The notes beneath the pieces were generated by a model. It did not search any database and was not told where the DNA came from. It saw nothing but the letters and a program-made list of their open reading frames with translations. A stretch of 32,000 bases of DNA from Acaryochloris marina MBIC11017. GTDB lineage: Bacteria; Cyanobacteriota; Cyanobacteriia; Thermosynechococcales; Thermosynechococcaceae. Positions 6,907-16,673 of this stretch are shown piece after piece. The position numbers and the translations under genes are program-made. The DNA lies in assembly GCF_000018105.1 (NCBI RefSeq), contig NC_009926.1:342162-374161 (forward strand), given 5' to 3'. How positions within the stretch are numbered: the stretch's first letter is position 1; each line of letters starts with the position of its first letter.

Positions 6907-9651
6907 ATGAACCCCAAAACACCTTCGCTTTCCCTCCGTTGGGTTCTCATCATTCCATTCGTTGTGCAAATTTTTGCTGCCGTGGGAGTGGTCGGTTATT
7001 TTTCATACCGTAGCGGGCAGCGAGCGGTAGAAGATGTGGTGAATCAGCTCCAAAATGAGATTAGCGATCGCATTACCGAACGCCTCGATACATATTTACG
7101 CACGCCGAGCCTTGTGGCTGACAATTTGTCACTAGCCATCCAAACTCGAGAACTGGATATCAACCAAATCAATCGAGATTGGGAGCTTTATCTTTGGCGA
7201 CATATTAATCTATACGACAACGTTAAAGGCGTTTATGTTGCCACCGAAGATTTGCAATACAGGCACATCATTTCTCAGGAAGAAGGGCTGGTGATGGAGC
7301 TCTTCTCTTTAGAGGATCAGTTCCTCCGTTATTATTTAGTCGATCCCAAGGGCAGTGTTACCGATGAACTCATAGAAGTTCTGGAAAAAGAGTTCAAGCC
7401 ACGCTCTCGTCCTTGGTACACGGCCCCCAAGCAGGCTGGTAAAGCGACATGGACCCCGATTTTTATTTGGGTTCAAGGGGATACGATGAGCGTCGATTTT
7501 GCAACCCCGGTTTATGGTCCATCGCAACAATTCGAAGGGGTGGTGGGAACCAGCTTTTCATTGTCGAATATCAGTGATTATCTTGCCACACTTAAAATTG
7601 CTGAATCTGGTGAGGCATTTATCCTCGAACGCTCTGGCGCAGTCGTCGCCACCTCCACTGGAGAAAAACCCCATGGGATCGATCTCGACAGTCAAACAGT
7701 TGCGCGATTAAATGCCATAGATAGTCAAAATACTCTGATGCGCCAAACGACTCAATATCTCTTCGATCGCTTTGGCAGCTTAGAGATTATCAACTCCCTC
7801 ACTCAAGATCGCTATAAAATTGAGGGTCGCCAATATTTCTTAAAGGTTGAATCTTATCGTGACAATTTAGGTTTAGATTGGCTGATTGCCATTGTCATCC
7901 CTGAATCGGATTTTATGGCCCAAATCTACGCCAACATTCGCACGACCCTGGCCCTTTGCCTGGGGGCATTGGGCATTGCTACCTTTTTGGGCATCCTTAC
8001 CTCTCGTTGGATTTTGCAGCCGATTTTACGCTTACAAACCGCCTCCAACAGCTTGGCGGCTGGGCAACTGGACCAAGCCATTGAGGTTAAAGGCATCCAT
8101 GAACTCTCTAGTCTCGGCAGCGCTTTCAACAGCATGGCGAGACAATTGCAAGAATCGTTTCAAGCCTTAGAAGACAACAATGCAAAGTTGGATCAACGGG
8201 TGCAACAACGAACCGCCGAGCTGAAAGTCGCAAAAGAAAAAGCCGAAGTGGCGAACCAGGCCAAAAGTCTGTTTATTGCCAATATGAGCCACGAACTGCG
8301 CACCCCCCTCAATGGCATTTTGGGCTATGCCCAGGTGTTGGAGCGATCGCCCACTATCTCCGATAAAGCGCAGCAGCAAGTCCACATCATCCATAAGTGT
8401 GGCACCCATTTGTTGGGCATGATTAACGACATTTTGGACCTGTCTAAGATTGAAGCGGGCAAACTCGACCTGATGCCCAAACCCGTCCATCTGACCTCCT
8501 GCTTACAGGGGGTTGCCGAAGCCTGCCGGGTGCGGGCCGCCCAAAAGGGACTGGAGTTTGTCTATGCCGTTGACCCAGGGTTGCCCGAGGGGGTGGAACT
8601 GGATGAACAACGGCTGCGACAGGTGCTGTTCAACCTGTTGAGCAATGCCATTAAATTCACCCAGCAGGGCACCGTGACCTTGCAGGTGTCGGTCGCTGAG
8701 GTAACCCGATCCGATTATCGGCGACTGCGTTTTGGGGTAACCGATACCGGCGTGGGCATTGCCCCAGCCCATCTGGATCAGCTATTTAATGCCTTTGTGC
8801 AAGTGGGCGATCGCCAAAAGCAAGCTGAAGGCACCGGGCTCGGCCTCGCTATCAGCCGCCGACTTGTGCAATTGATGGGCTCACAGATTGAAGTGCAAAG
8901 CGCAGTGGGACAAGGCAGCCAATTTAGCTTTGAACTCGAAGTGCCATTGGCTACCGAATGGGAGCTATCTCCCAGTACCCTACAGAACCACGCTATTATT
9001 GGCTATGCCGGTGAACGGCGGCGTGTGTTGGTGGTGGATGACCGCTGGGACAACCGCAGTGTTTTGGTCAGTCTCTTGCAGCCCATTGGCTTTGAAATCG
9101 TGGAAGCGGAGGAGGGGCAGAAGGCCCTGGCTGTGCTCCAACAGCAGCCCTTTCATCTCATGATTACTGATTTGGCTATGCCCGTGATGGATGGGTTTGA
9201 GTTGCTCCGGCAGGTACAACAGTTGCCCATACGCCCCCCCAAAATGATTGTGTCTTCGGCCTATGTTTCTAAGCAGGAACAGGAACTGGCGATGGCCGCA
9301 GGGGCAGATGCGCTGCTGCCAAAGCCCGTTGATGCGGCCAAGCTGTTTGAGCTTTTGGCGCGTGAGCTAGGGTTGGAGTGGCAATATGTGGGGAATGAGG
9401 CCCCTCAGGACATTACCTCTGCACCCGCAGCGGCAATTACCCTGCCGTCCCGAGAGCGGTTGCGATCAATGTATGACGCGGCGGATGCGGGGGACTTTCG
9501 CATGGTTCGCCGACAGTTGGAGCAGCTGATGGCGACGAACCCAGAGTATGAGGGGTTTGTAAGGCCGCTGCTAGCGTTGGCGAAGAAGCTGAAGACGGAT
9601 GAGATTAAGGGGATGCTGGCGCAGTATGTCGATGATGAAGCGTCGGGATAA
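6907..9651 (+). CDS. hybrid sensor histidine kinase (TM, extracytoplasmic sensor domain, HAMP, HisKA, HATPase, receiver, C-terminal helical tail)
   Basis: Two TM segments flank a ~300-aa Cache-like region. HAMP is at ILQPILRLQ...FNSMARQL. H-box [17 protein letters not shown] boxes [23 protein letters not shown]. Receiver [11 protein letters not shown]...[11 protein letters not shown]...PKP. Confidence 0.9.
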   Translation: MNPKTPSLSLRWVLIIPFVVQIFAAVGVVGYFSYRSGQRAVEDVVNQLQNEISDRITERLDTYLRTPSLVADNLSLAIQTRELDINQINRDWELYLWRHINLYDNVKGVYVATEDLQYRHIISQEEGLVMELFSLEDQFLRYYLVDPKGSVTDELIEVLEKEFKPRSRPWYTAPKQAGKATWTPIFIWVQGDTMSVDFATPVYGPSQQFEGVVGTSFSLSNISDYLATLKIAESGEAFILERSGAVVATSTGEKPHGIDLDSQTVARLNAIDSQNTLMRQTTQYLFDRFGSLEIINSLTQDRYKIEGRQYFLKVESYRDNLGLDWLIAIVIPESDFMAQIYANIRTTLALCLGALGIATFLGILTSRWILQPILRLQTASNSLAAGQLDQAIEVKGIHELSSLGSAFNSMARQLQESFQALEDNNAKLDQRVQQRTAELKVAKEKAEVANQAKSLFIANMSHELRTPLNGILGYAQVLERSPTISDKAQQQVHIIHKCGTHLLGMINDILDLSKIEAGKLDLMPKPVHLTSCLQGVAEACRVRAAQKGLEFVYAVDPGLPEGVELDEQRLRQVLFNLLSNAIKFTQQGTVTLQVSVAEVTRSDYRRLRFGVTDTGVGIAPAHLDQLFNAFVQVGDRQKQAEGTGLGLAISRRLVQLMGSQIEVQSAVGQGSQFSFELEVPLATEWELSPSTLQNHAIIGYAGERRRVLVVDDRWDNRSVLVSLLQPIGFEIVEAEEGQKALAVLQQQPFHLMITDLAMPVMDGFELLRQVQQLPIRPPKMIVSSAYVSKQEQELAMAAGADALLPKPVDAAKLFELLARELGLEWQYVGNEAPQDITSAPAAAITLPSRERLRSMYDAADAGDFRMVRRQLEQLMATNPEYEGFVRPLLALAKKLKTDEIKGMLAQYVDDEASG

Positions 9652-9678
9652 GGGATCTGCGGTACAAGTTGACAAAAT

Positions 9679-9728
9679 CTTACTTTTTCTAACTCCATCA
9701 CTGAAGTAATGGAGTTAGAAAAAGTAAG
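9679..9728. repeat. perfect 20-bp inverted repeat immediately after the kinase stop (possible bidirectional terminator)
   Basis: CTTACTTTTTCTAACTCCAT (9679-9698) / ATGGAGTTAGAAAAAGTAAG (9709-9728) with a 10-nt loop. AT-rich stem, no clean T-run. Confidence 0.6.
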
Positions 9729-10085
9729 GTGGGTCGGCTGTGTAACGCCTCGTAAACAAAACCCGTTAATTTCGCTTCAACTAATTAGGTTTTAAATCCA
9801 TTTTTGATGGGGAAACCAACTGGATAATGCTGATTTGTGATTTGAATCACGTCTAGAAAAAGACTAGATCACAAGAAGAAAGAAAGTCTTTCGAACCTGG
9901 CTTTTTGCATCACTAAATCTAACTTTTTCGGTATTTCGCCTTATTGAAAAGTTGACGATAGTGGGTTCAACAGCACGGGACATTAAATCCCACAGCCAAT
10001 CTCAACAAATCTGAGGTGCCGATCTAAATACTGGTTGGTATCAAGAGCAAGAAGCTCAACTTACCCACAAAAAGGAGCAAGGACA

Positions 10086-12917
10086 ATGACTATTGAAGCA
10101 AGATATGACATCGACCCCGACCTAACTGGAATCTCTCGTATTACTGATGATTCTCCCATTCAGTTCCTATCGAATCGCCTCGATCATTGGAAGGGATTGA
10201 AACATTATCGATTTGACTTAACCGTTCGCAATTCTTACCAGTTTGCTACTGCACCTAATCATGATGGCAAGCACGGTGGTTCGCTAGAACTCACCAGATT
10301 TAATAAGAAGTGGACTAATCAGAAACAGGACTACTATCAGTATAAAACCCTCTTTGGTACTGATTCAAGAGACGTTATTTACGAAACCCAAGACTATAGA
10401 TACTTAGGGGGTTGGGGTGAATACCTTGACGAAACATTGAAACCTGTTTCACAAAACATATACGGTGGTGGCGGTAATGACACCATTATTGCTCATGATT
10501 TGCAAGGTTATAGCGACAGCGTAAAGAGTTATTTAAACGGTGATCCAAGTAGTATTAATCAATTTCATGGTGAAGCTGGAAATGACATTTTGAAAGGTAA
10601 CGCGTTCCAGAACCTCCTGTATGGAGGGACTGGCAACGATACGCTAGATGGTGGCGGAGGCGATGATTTTCTCTCAGGCAATGAAGATAATGACAAACTA
10701 TGGGGTGGAGATGGAGAAGATCAACTCTTTGGCGGAATAGGAAATGACATTCTGGTTGGTGGAGACGGATACGATGAAATAGACGCTGGTGATGGTGATG
10801 ACACGATTTTTCTGGATGTTCCAATTGAGGGTAACAATAAGGGTGACTATGTAATTGGTGGAACAGGTGCTGACACCTTCGTCATTGGTGGCACGACAAT
10901 GACTACTACTACTACCACCACCACCACCCCCTATGACTGGAAGGGGACAGGTTTAGGTGCCACTACTGATGTAATGGGTGCTGTCATTGATGGTACTGGT
11001 TTAGGTGTCGCCTCGAAAGTTACCAAAGGTGTTGTTGGTGCTGTTATTGATATTTTTAAGGGTGCTGAAAGCAAAAATGTTGAAACAACCACAGTGGAAT
11101 CAGTACCTGGCAACATAGCAACAGGAAATTATATCCAAATCACTGATTTTAATCCTAGAGAAGATGTCATTGTTATTCCTATAAGTGCTGAACTGTCTAA
11201 TGTTGGGCGTACTATCACAGATGATAATTTGCGTACGCTAGAACTCTACTACAAAGACAGCGGGCGAGTTTTTGCCGAAATCAAGCTTGAAGAACTCTAT
11301 AAACTTTACAACAACGACGAAGTTGCTCTGAATATCAACAATCGTGATGAGTTGGAGAGCGTTTGGGAATCTGTTCTAGACAGCTCACTCTATCTTGGTA
11401 CATATGATGCCAATGACTCTAGTCCCACCATTAAGTTAGGTACAACAACAGAAAACTTTAAAAATGCTGATGGCAGTCTTACCGAAATCAAAACCACTGT
11501 ATCTGAGCTAGATGCTAACTACATGGTTATTGGCGCTTATGCAGGAGCTAATATTCTTACTTCAGGTAAGGACGATGATCTCTGGGGAACTGACTATAAT
11601 GACGTTCTCGTAGCCTATCCCACAGCTTCCAATAAAGAACCTCAGCATAATGAGATCAATAAGCTATACGGTTTCAACGGGGATGACATTTTAGCTGGTG
11701 GTGCTGGTGCCGATTATTACTTTGGTGGTGACGGTACTGATATTGTGTCTTATGCTGACGATAGATTTGACGATAACGATTCTAATGGCATCACAGTTAA
11801 TCTTGCAGACTCGCTTGAAGGAAATAAAGAAGACTATGCCTACTTAGACCCTGAAAGTGAAAAAGCAATTTTTTCTTGGGCTTGGGATGTTTATGCAGAT
11901 CCTCTGGACCCAGATCAGGCTGACAAGCTATTCAGTATTGAGGGCATTATTGGTTCCAAATGGGATGACAGTATTAAAGGAGATAAGTGGAACAACATAT
12001 TCAATGGTGGTGACGGAAATGACACCCTAGAGGGTGGCGCCGGAAATGATACTCTCATTGGTGGTGAGGGTGAGGATACCCTAGAGGGTGGCGGCGGAAA
12101 TGATACCCTCATTGGTGGTGCTGGTAGCGATACTCTAATCGGCGATGTTGTTGCTGGTAACGATACTCTAATCGTCGATGCTGGTGCAGATACTTTTGTG
12201 TTAGATACCACTGAAGGTGGCATCGACACGATCAGAGGCTTTAGCCTTGCAGAAAATGATGTGCTCTTGATTGACAATAAGAGCCTAGGTACTAGTCATG
12301 CGAAAGCCCGGAACTTGAATGGAATGCTCTCCGCTACGGGCCTTAAGCTTCAGTTAGGCAACGTAGGAATTGCGACTATCGAAAACGTCGATAGCTCTAA
12401 CGTTCATCGAGTGCTGGGTCGTGTCGAATTCACCACTAGCTCACACATCAACACACCACTTGGCCTCGGCGATGATTTGCTGGCAACAGGTGACGGCAAT
12501 GATAGGCTCACGGGAGGATCGGGTGACGACCTTCTCAGTGGTGGTGCTGGAAATGACACTCTGCTAGGCGGCACGCACAAAGACCTTTTACTGGGTGGTC
12601 GTGGGGATGATTTACTCAACGGGGGCAAGGGCATTGACCGTCTCTATGGCGGCAGTGGTGCCGACACCTTCGTCATCAACAACACGGTATCAGGCCTCAA
12701 TAAGAGAGCAGGCATCGATGTTATCCAAGACTTCAGTGTGGATGAATTCGATCACATTCAGATTGATGCTTCTGTCTTCGGTATTGGGATTAACGATCAC
12801 CATTTAGTTCAGCTTGGCAATGACAGTTTCTTACGAGTGAACAACAGAAAAATTGCACAGCTTACCGGTGTGGATGTGAATACTTTCGTCACCGACGAAC
12901 ATGTTGACTTGGTCTAA
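10086..12917 (+). CDS. RTX-type calcium-binding repeat protein (probable secreted protein)
   Basis: AAGGAG at 10072-10077 precedes ATG 10086. Three blocks of GGxGxDxL nonapeptide repeats (e.g. GGTGNDTLDGGGGDDFLSG, GGDGNDTLEGGAGNDTLIGGEGEDTLEGGGGNDTLIGG, GGSGDDLLSGGAGNDTLLGG). A poly-Thr tract (TTMTTTTTTTTTP). Confidence 0.85.
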   Translation: MTIEARYDIDPDLTGISRITDDSPIQFLSNRLDHWKGLKHYRFDLTVRNSYQFATAPNHDGKHGGSLELTRFNKKWTNQKQDYYQYKTLFGTDSRDVIYETQDYRYLGGWGEYLDETLKPVSQNIYGGGGNDTIIAHDLQGYSDSVKSYLNGDPSSINQFHGEAGNDILKGNAFQNLLYGGTGNDTLDGGGGDDFLSGNEDNDKLWGGDGEDQLFGGIGNDILVGGDGYDEIDAGDGDDTIFLDVPIEGNNKGDYVIGGTGADTFVIGGTTMTTTTTTTTTPYDWKGTGLGATTDVMGAVIDGTGLGVASKVTKGVVGAVIDIFKGAESKNVETTTVESVPGNIATGNYIQITDFNPREDVIVIPISAELSNVGRTITDDNLRTLELYYKDSGRVFAEIKLEELYKLYNNDEVALNINNRDELESVWESVLDSSLYLGTYDANDSSPTIKLGTTTENFKNADGSLTEIKTTVSELDANYMVIGAYAGANILTSGKDDDLWGTDYNDVLVAYPTASNKEPQHNEINKLYGFNGDDILAGGAGADYYFGGDGTDIVSYADDRFDDNDSNGITVNLADSLEGNKEDYAYLDPESEKAIFSWAWDVYADPLDPDQADKLFSIEGIIGSKWDDSIKGDKWNNIFNGGDGNDTLEGGAGNDTLIGGEGEDTLEGGGGNDTLIGGAGSDTLIGDVVAGNDTLIVDAGADTFVLDTTEGGIDTIRGFSLAENDVLLIDNKSLGTSHAKARNLNGMLSATGLKLQLGNVGIATIENVDSSNVHRVLGRVEFTTSSHINTPLGLGDDLLATGDGNDRLTGGSGDDLLSGGAGNDTLLGGTHKDLLLGGRGDDLLNGGKGIDRLYGGSGADTFVINNTVSGLNKRAGIDVIQDFSVDEFDHIQIDASVFGIGINDHHLVQLGNDSFLRVNNRKIAQLTGVDVNTFVTDEHVDLV

Positions 12918-13016
12918 TCCCAAGGGAGCGGGTGGGTGTTGACCACCGCATTGGAAACGCAATATACCAGGCAGTACCCACTAATTGTTTGAATGTTCAT
13001 TCCCTAGCAATGACTG

Positions 13017-13055
13017 TATAAAAAGAGCGATCACGGTTGGCCAAACTGTGATCGC
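13017..13055 (-). terminator. intrinsic terminator of the 13066..13926 gene
   Basis: Stem GCGATCAC (13027-13034) / GTGATCGC (13048-13055). On the minus strand it is followed by TCTTTTTATA. It lies 11 nt downstream of the stop codon. Confidence 0.6.
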
Positions 13056-13065
13056 ATTCCCAGTA

Positions 13066-13926
13066 TCACCCCGCGTCTTCCTTCCCGTTATTGCCTCTAC
13101 TGACATTCCAGAAGAAAGTGGCACGTCTCAAGCCAATGACACCCGCTCCACAACAAGCGAGCACTAGCGAACCGTGATGAAGAGCATCATTGGCATCGGG
13201 CTTATGGATAAGAGCTTCAGACAAGATGTAATAGGCGTCGAGTCTTGCTTGAGCATAGGTTTTGGTTGTTGTGACACAGGCCAGCTTGCTTTTTAAGTAG
13301 CAGTATTTATGGTTTATCCAGAATATATTTGGATTGGGAGGCACCTTAGTAACTTTTCCTGACGCCACTTCCTCAATCACAGGCATTTGACATCCTCCAT
13401 TACTTGGGTTCGCAACCAAGGATCCTTTTGGGGTGTTGACGTATCTTTCGTAATTGTCTAATCCGTGAAGCGTCATGGCATGAACTTCAAGGGCCAAACC
13501 AGGCTTATACCGTCGGTGGTTAATACCTGCCATTAATTCAGGGTTTAACAGGCAATCTGCAAGGTCGGTGTAGGTCTCTTCATCTGAGAAAAACAGATGC
13601 TTCCAATTCCAAACGTCGTAAAGATCTATCTCGTCTAGTTCTGTTTCTGGGTCCACATTTGGCTGATGTGTTGCACCATAATACTTCTGCAATAGGTAGC
13701 AAACATGCTCTGAAAATATGGCTTCTTCTAGGTTTGGGAAGTCTTGAATTGCATTACGTCCGTATTCCCATGCGTCCCAATGGATTGAAAGGATATGCAA
13801 AATGGATTCAACTAAATCAAGCTTAGTGCCGGGGAATGTAATGTTTGTTTCTGTTGGCTTATTAATGCGAGGGCCAAAAGTAATCCAGTAAACGGGGTTG
13901 CCCACGGGAGTAACTGCGGTTTTCAT
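13066..13926 (-). CDS. hypothetical protein (286 aa), no family recognised
   Basis: Long ORF with its own terminator. Composition is protein-like, and I cannot place it in a family. Confidence 0.6.
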   Translation of the reverse strand: MKTAVTPVGNPVYWITFGPRINKPTETNITFPGTKLDLVESILHILSIHWDAWEYGRNAIQDFPNLEEAIFSEHVCYLLQKYYGATHQPNVDPETELDEIDLYDVWNWKHLFFSDEETYTDLADCLLNPELMAGINHRRYKPGLALEVHAMTLHGLDNYERYVNTPKGSLVANPSNGGCQMPVIEEVASGKVTKVPPNPNIFWINHKYCYLKSKLACVTTTKTYAQARLDAYYILSEALIHKPDANDALHHGSLVLACCGAGVIGLRRATFFWNVSRGNNGKEDAG

Positions 13927-14034
13927 CGCTATTTCCTCAATTGATTGATAGGTATGAAGTTGAGAATCTGGCTAGGTAATACAGATTCCGCGCGGATACT
14001 GAAAGTAGTGAGAGTTCAATCTTCCGTAGCTTTG

Positions 14035-14244
14035 CTAGTACCGCTGGACAATACCCACCCGTATACTCAAAGCCGTCTCAGACTCAGGTGGTATCAGCGG
14101 ATTGAACTCACTTAACCAGGACGCAACCCGGTCTAGGATCTGATCTGATGGCAGTCCTGTGCATGGGTCTGGGTGCTGACCGTAGTCGGTCTGGTGGTAG
14201 ATCCAGGCTTGCTCGATATAGCCGATAAAGGGGTTAGTCGTCAT
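14035..14244 (-). CDS. small hypothetical protein (69 aa)
   Basis: ORF upstream of and co-oriented with 13066..13926. No family recognised. Confidence 0.4.
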   Translation of the reverse strand: MTTNPFIGYIEQAWIYHQTDYGQHPDPCTGLPSDQILDRVASWLSEFNPLIPPESETALSIRVGIVQRY

Positions 14245-14550
14245 TGGGGATCCTCGTTATAATTAAATGAAAGGATTTATTTACGACCTCCTGGGCTGGG
14301 AAGATCAAGGAGGTCGTTTTATTGTGGTTGGGTGGGAAGTCTGGGAGGTGGTATTGGGGATGCGATCGCGTTTACACACCGATCCACTCAAATATCTTTC
14401 TGCTCATCTGTGATTACATGGGGCAAGAAAGAAATGGAAGTTAGCTGTACTCCAATCCTGCCTGGCTTTTCAGATGAAAATTGCTTCAAGGCTTTTGTCT
14501 CCTCAGCAGCAAGAAAAGCATCTAGGGCTGTTTTGGAAGACAAGGCGAAA

Positions 14551-15909
14551 TAGCTAGGAGAGTGTTTAGATTTTTGTGTAAGCAGCAGTGTATTCAATAG
14601 TTGAATCGTGTTGGGAACAGAATAGCAAAATGGGACAGCGCCGCTTTCCAATTCAGAATTGGTCTGGTCCATCGCTTCGAAATATTCCTCATCGCTAGAA
14701 ACATCAATTTGTAGACAGACTCTTCATTAGGGAAAACCGCTTTGGTCTTAATCACCTTTCTCAGTGAGCGGTTGAGCGACTCAATGGCATTGGTGGTGTA
14801 GATAACCTTACGGATGGCCATTGGGTATTGAAACAACGGGGCAACATTATCCCAATGTCGTATCCAGATTTGGCTAATGCCAGGATACGTCTCGTCCCAT
14901 TTATGGGCAAATGCATCCAACGCAGCCTCAGACTCTTCCAAAGTGGCCGCTTGGTAAATGGGCTTGAGGTCTGCAGCTACGGCTCGACTTTCCTTCCACG
15001 GCACATGGCGAAGGCTATTACGAATAAGATGGACAATACAAACCTGCACCTGGGTCTGAGGGTAGACCGACTCAATCGCTTGAGGAAAACCTTTGAGTCC
15101 ATCACAGCAAGCAATCAAGATATCCTGAGTTCCTCGATTTTTAAGGTCTGTGAGCACCGAAAGCCAGAATTTTGCTCCCTCTCGTTCAGCGGCTCCTATC
15201 CATAATCCCAACAGTTCCTTGTTGCCCTCCACAGTCACTGCCAAAGCGACATAGACAGCTCGCTTGCTGACTTGACCATTGACTTTGATGTTCACATACA
15301 GCGCATCAAGATAGACAATCGGATACACCTCATCCAGCGGCCTTGAACGCCAGTCTTTGACCTCTTCCATGACGCTATTGGTGACGTCACTAATCAGAGC
15401 TTCAGAGATATTGGCCCCATACAGCTCCACCAATTGGGCTCGAATATCACGGGTGGTCATGCCCCGAGCATATAAGGCGATGATTTTCTCATCGAGCCCT
15501 GCGATGCGTCGCTGGCCTTTAGGCACCAGGACAGGCTCAAACTCGCCGCAACGGTCACGAGGAATCGATAGGTCCATCTCTCCTTGTTCAGACTGGACGG
15601 TCTTTTTCGAGTAACCATTGCGACTATTTCTGGGGCCATTAGAATTCTCATCACCTGACTGATCGTTGGAGGATTGCTGCAGGTGATGAGTCAATTCACC
15701 TGCAAGGGCTCGTTCCACTAGGCGTTTGCTGAGTCGTTTAAGCAGTCCTGATTCGCCCAGAATATCTTCCGGTTGAGGGTTCTCTCCGATGAGTTCATCT
15801 AACAGTTCATCGACTCGATTGGGAGCTTTTTTCTTTCTAGACATCGTACGGTCTCCTGATGTGTTTGGATCCTAGACCGCTTACACAAAACTCTGAACAG
15901 TCCCTAGCT
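14551..15909 (-). mobile_element. IS256-family insertion sequence (~1.35 kb)
   Basis: Single transposase ORF bounded by imperfect terminal inverted repeats: GAGAGTGTTTAGATTTTTGTGTAAGC (14558-14583) versus the reverse complement of 15878-15903, GGGACTGTTCAGAGTTTTGTGTAAGC. Both ends are flanked by TAGCTAG (14551-14557 and 15904-15910). Confidence 0.85.
14594..15844 (-). CDS. IS256/Mutator-family transposase
   Basis: 416-aa ORF with the family pattern ...VYPIVYLDALYVNIKVNG...VYVALAVTVEGNKELLGLWIG..EGAKFWLSVLTDLKNRG..DILIACCDGLKGFPQAI..VYP.TQVQVCIVHLIRNSL... Confidence 0.9.
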   Translation of the reverse strand: MSRKKKAPNRVDELLDELIGENPQPEDILGESGLLKRLSKRLVERALAGELTHHLQQSSNDQSGDENSNGPRNSRNGYSKKTVQSEQGEMDLSIPRDRCGEFEPVLVPKGQRRIAGLDEKIIALYARGMTTRDIRAQLVELYGANISEALISDVTNSVMEEVKDWRSRPLDEVYPIVYLDALYVNIKVNGQVSKRAVYVALAVTVEGNKELLGLWIGAAEREGAKFWLSVLTDLKNRGTQDILIACCDGLKGFPQAIESVYPQTQVQVCIVHLIRNSLRHVPWKESRAVAADLKPIYQAATLEESEAALDAFAHKWDETYPGISQIWIRHWDNVAPLFQYPMAIRKVIYTTNAIESLNRSLRKVIKTKAVFPNEESVYKLMFLAMRNISKRWTRPILNWKAALSHFAILFPTRFNY

Positions 15910-16066
15910 AGCCTCATCTTCCAGAGCCATCGTTGCCGTCGTAGGCATGAAATAGACTTGGCCTGTGTCGTAATCTTTGACCTGGTAAATTAGCGCTGCG
16001 ATAAAGTGTTTCATTCTTCAGTTGTCGCTCTAATGATGAGATCAGACTTGGGTCTGGCCTGATGAA

Positions 16067-16384
16067 TTACTCAGGAGCGGAACTTGAGGACTCCTTCACC
16101 CGAGCCTGATCCTGGGTTGCAGCCTGGGTAACTTCGGGGATATCCCAAGAGGTTTTTAAGTACAGGCCGGGGATGTCCTTGAATGCTGTCTGAAGTCGAT
16201 TCATACAATCTCTTGCTCTTTCCTCAGATATAAATGCATTGCATCTTGTGACTTCAAAGGCAAAGACAACTTGAGGGGAAGATTTTTGGAAGGGGAGCCA
16301 ATAATAGCTTCGGGTGCCCAGACCTCCTCCTGTTGGGAGGATGTGATTTGCGCTTGATTGAAAAGTGTGAATCATGAGAATCAC
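16067..16384 (-). CDS. hypothetical protein (105 aa)
   Basis: ORF with GAGGTG 7 nt upstream of its ATG. No family recognised. Confidence 0.5.
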   Translation of the reverse strand: MILMIHTFQSSANHILPTGGGLGTRSYYWLPFQKSSPQVVFAFEVTRCNAFISEERARDCMNRLQTAFKDIPGLYLKTSWDIPEVTQAATQDQARVKESSSSAPE

Positions 16385-16634
16385 CTCAATTGTTCGTCAG
16401 TTGATCAGCGGAATCCTTCAGGTGTTTTGTCCTCAGCACATCCGTCTGAACCATCGGAGGGGCGGTCTGTGCGGAACTGGAATTGAGTACGAGTGTTTTA
16501 CAAAATTGCGCGGGTAATCGCTTCCTGGTCTAGCGGGTTGCACCAGGGCAAAGGGGAAGCTTGGTAATTGTCGTTGGTATTGTTTTGCGATCGCAAAATG
16601 GCATCACCCTCAATCAATGAGTTGGGAAGGGGCA

Positions 16635-16648
16635 AATAATATGCCACC
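16635..16648 (-). promoter_or_regulatory. backbone box copy (AATAATATGCCACC on +)
   Basis: Matches the 14-nt box repeated 13 times. It lies just downstream of the 16674 stop and 250 nt upstream of ATG 16384. Confidence 0.45.
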
Positions 16649-16673
16649 CTCCCTTGAAATAGGCAAGTAGGAA

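Noticed and set aside
7336-9701. Antisense and out-of-frame ORFs within the histidine-kinase gene (e.g. 7886..8170 +, 8167..8490 -, 8503..8772 -, 8980..9219 -, 9405..9701 -).
   Set aside because: These are shadow ORFs of a well-supported gene. Their products are compositionally biased and they lack RBSs. The last one arises from the 20-bp inverted repeat.
10555-12807. ORFs antisense or out of frame within the RTX gene (10555..10824 -, 11915..12277 -, 12404..12634 -, 12370..12567 +, 12595..12807 +).
   Set aside because: They are generated by the GGxGxD repeat codons (Pro/Ser/Val-rich antisense translations), a typical repeat-gene artefact.
14283-14321. 9-bp hairpin ACGACCTCC/GGAGGTCGT followed by TTTTATTG, which looks like a plus-strand terminator.
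   Set aside because: No plus-strand gene ends nearby, and on the minus strand it lacks a T-run. Its function is undetermined, so it is not annotated as a feature.
14332-14672. ORFs 14332..14553 (+) and 14388..14672 (-) at the left IS junction.
   Set aside because: The minus ORF is a chimera whose N-terminal part translates the IS terminal repeat. Only its 3' portion (14388-14550) may be a remnant of the interrupted gene. The plus ORF has no support.
15913-16014. 33-codon minus-strand ORF (MKHFIAALIYQVKDYDTGPSLFHAYDGNDGSGR) next to the right IS end.
   Set aside because: It is too short and has no RBS. It also overlaps, in another frame, the ORF that becomes continuous after in silico IS excision. 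It is kept only as a note.
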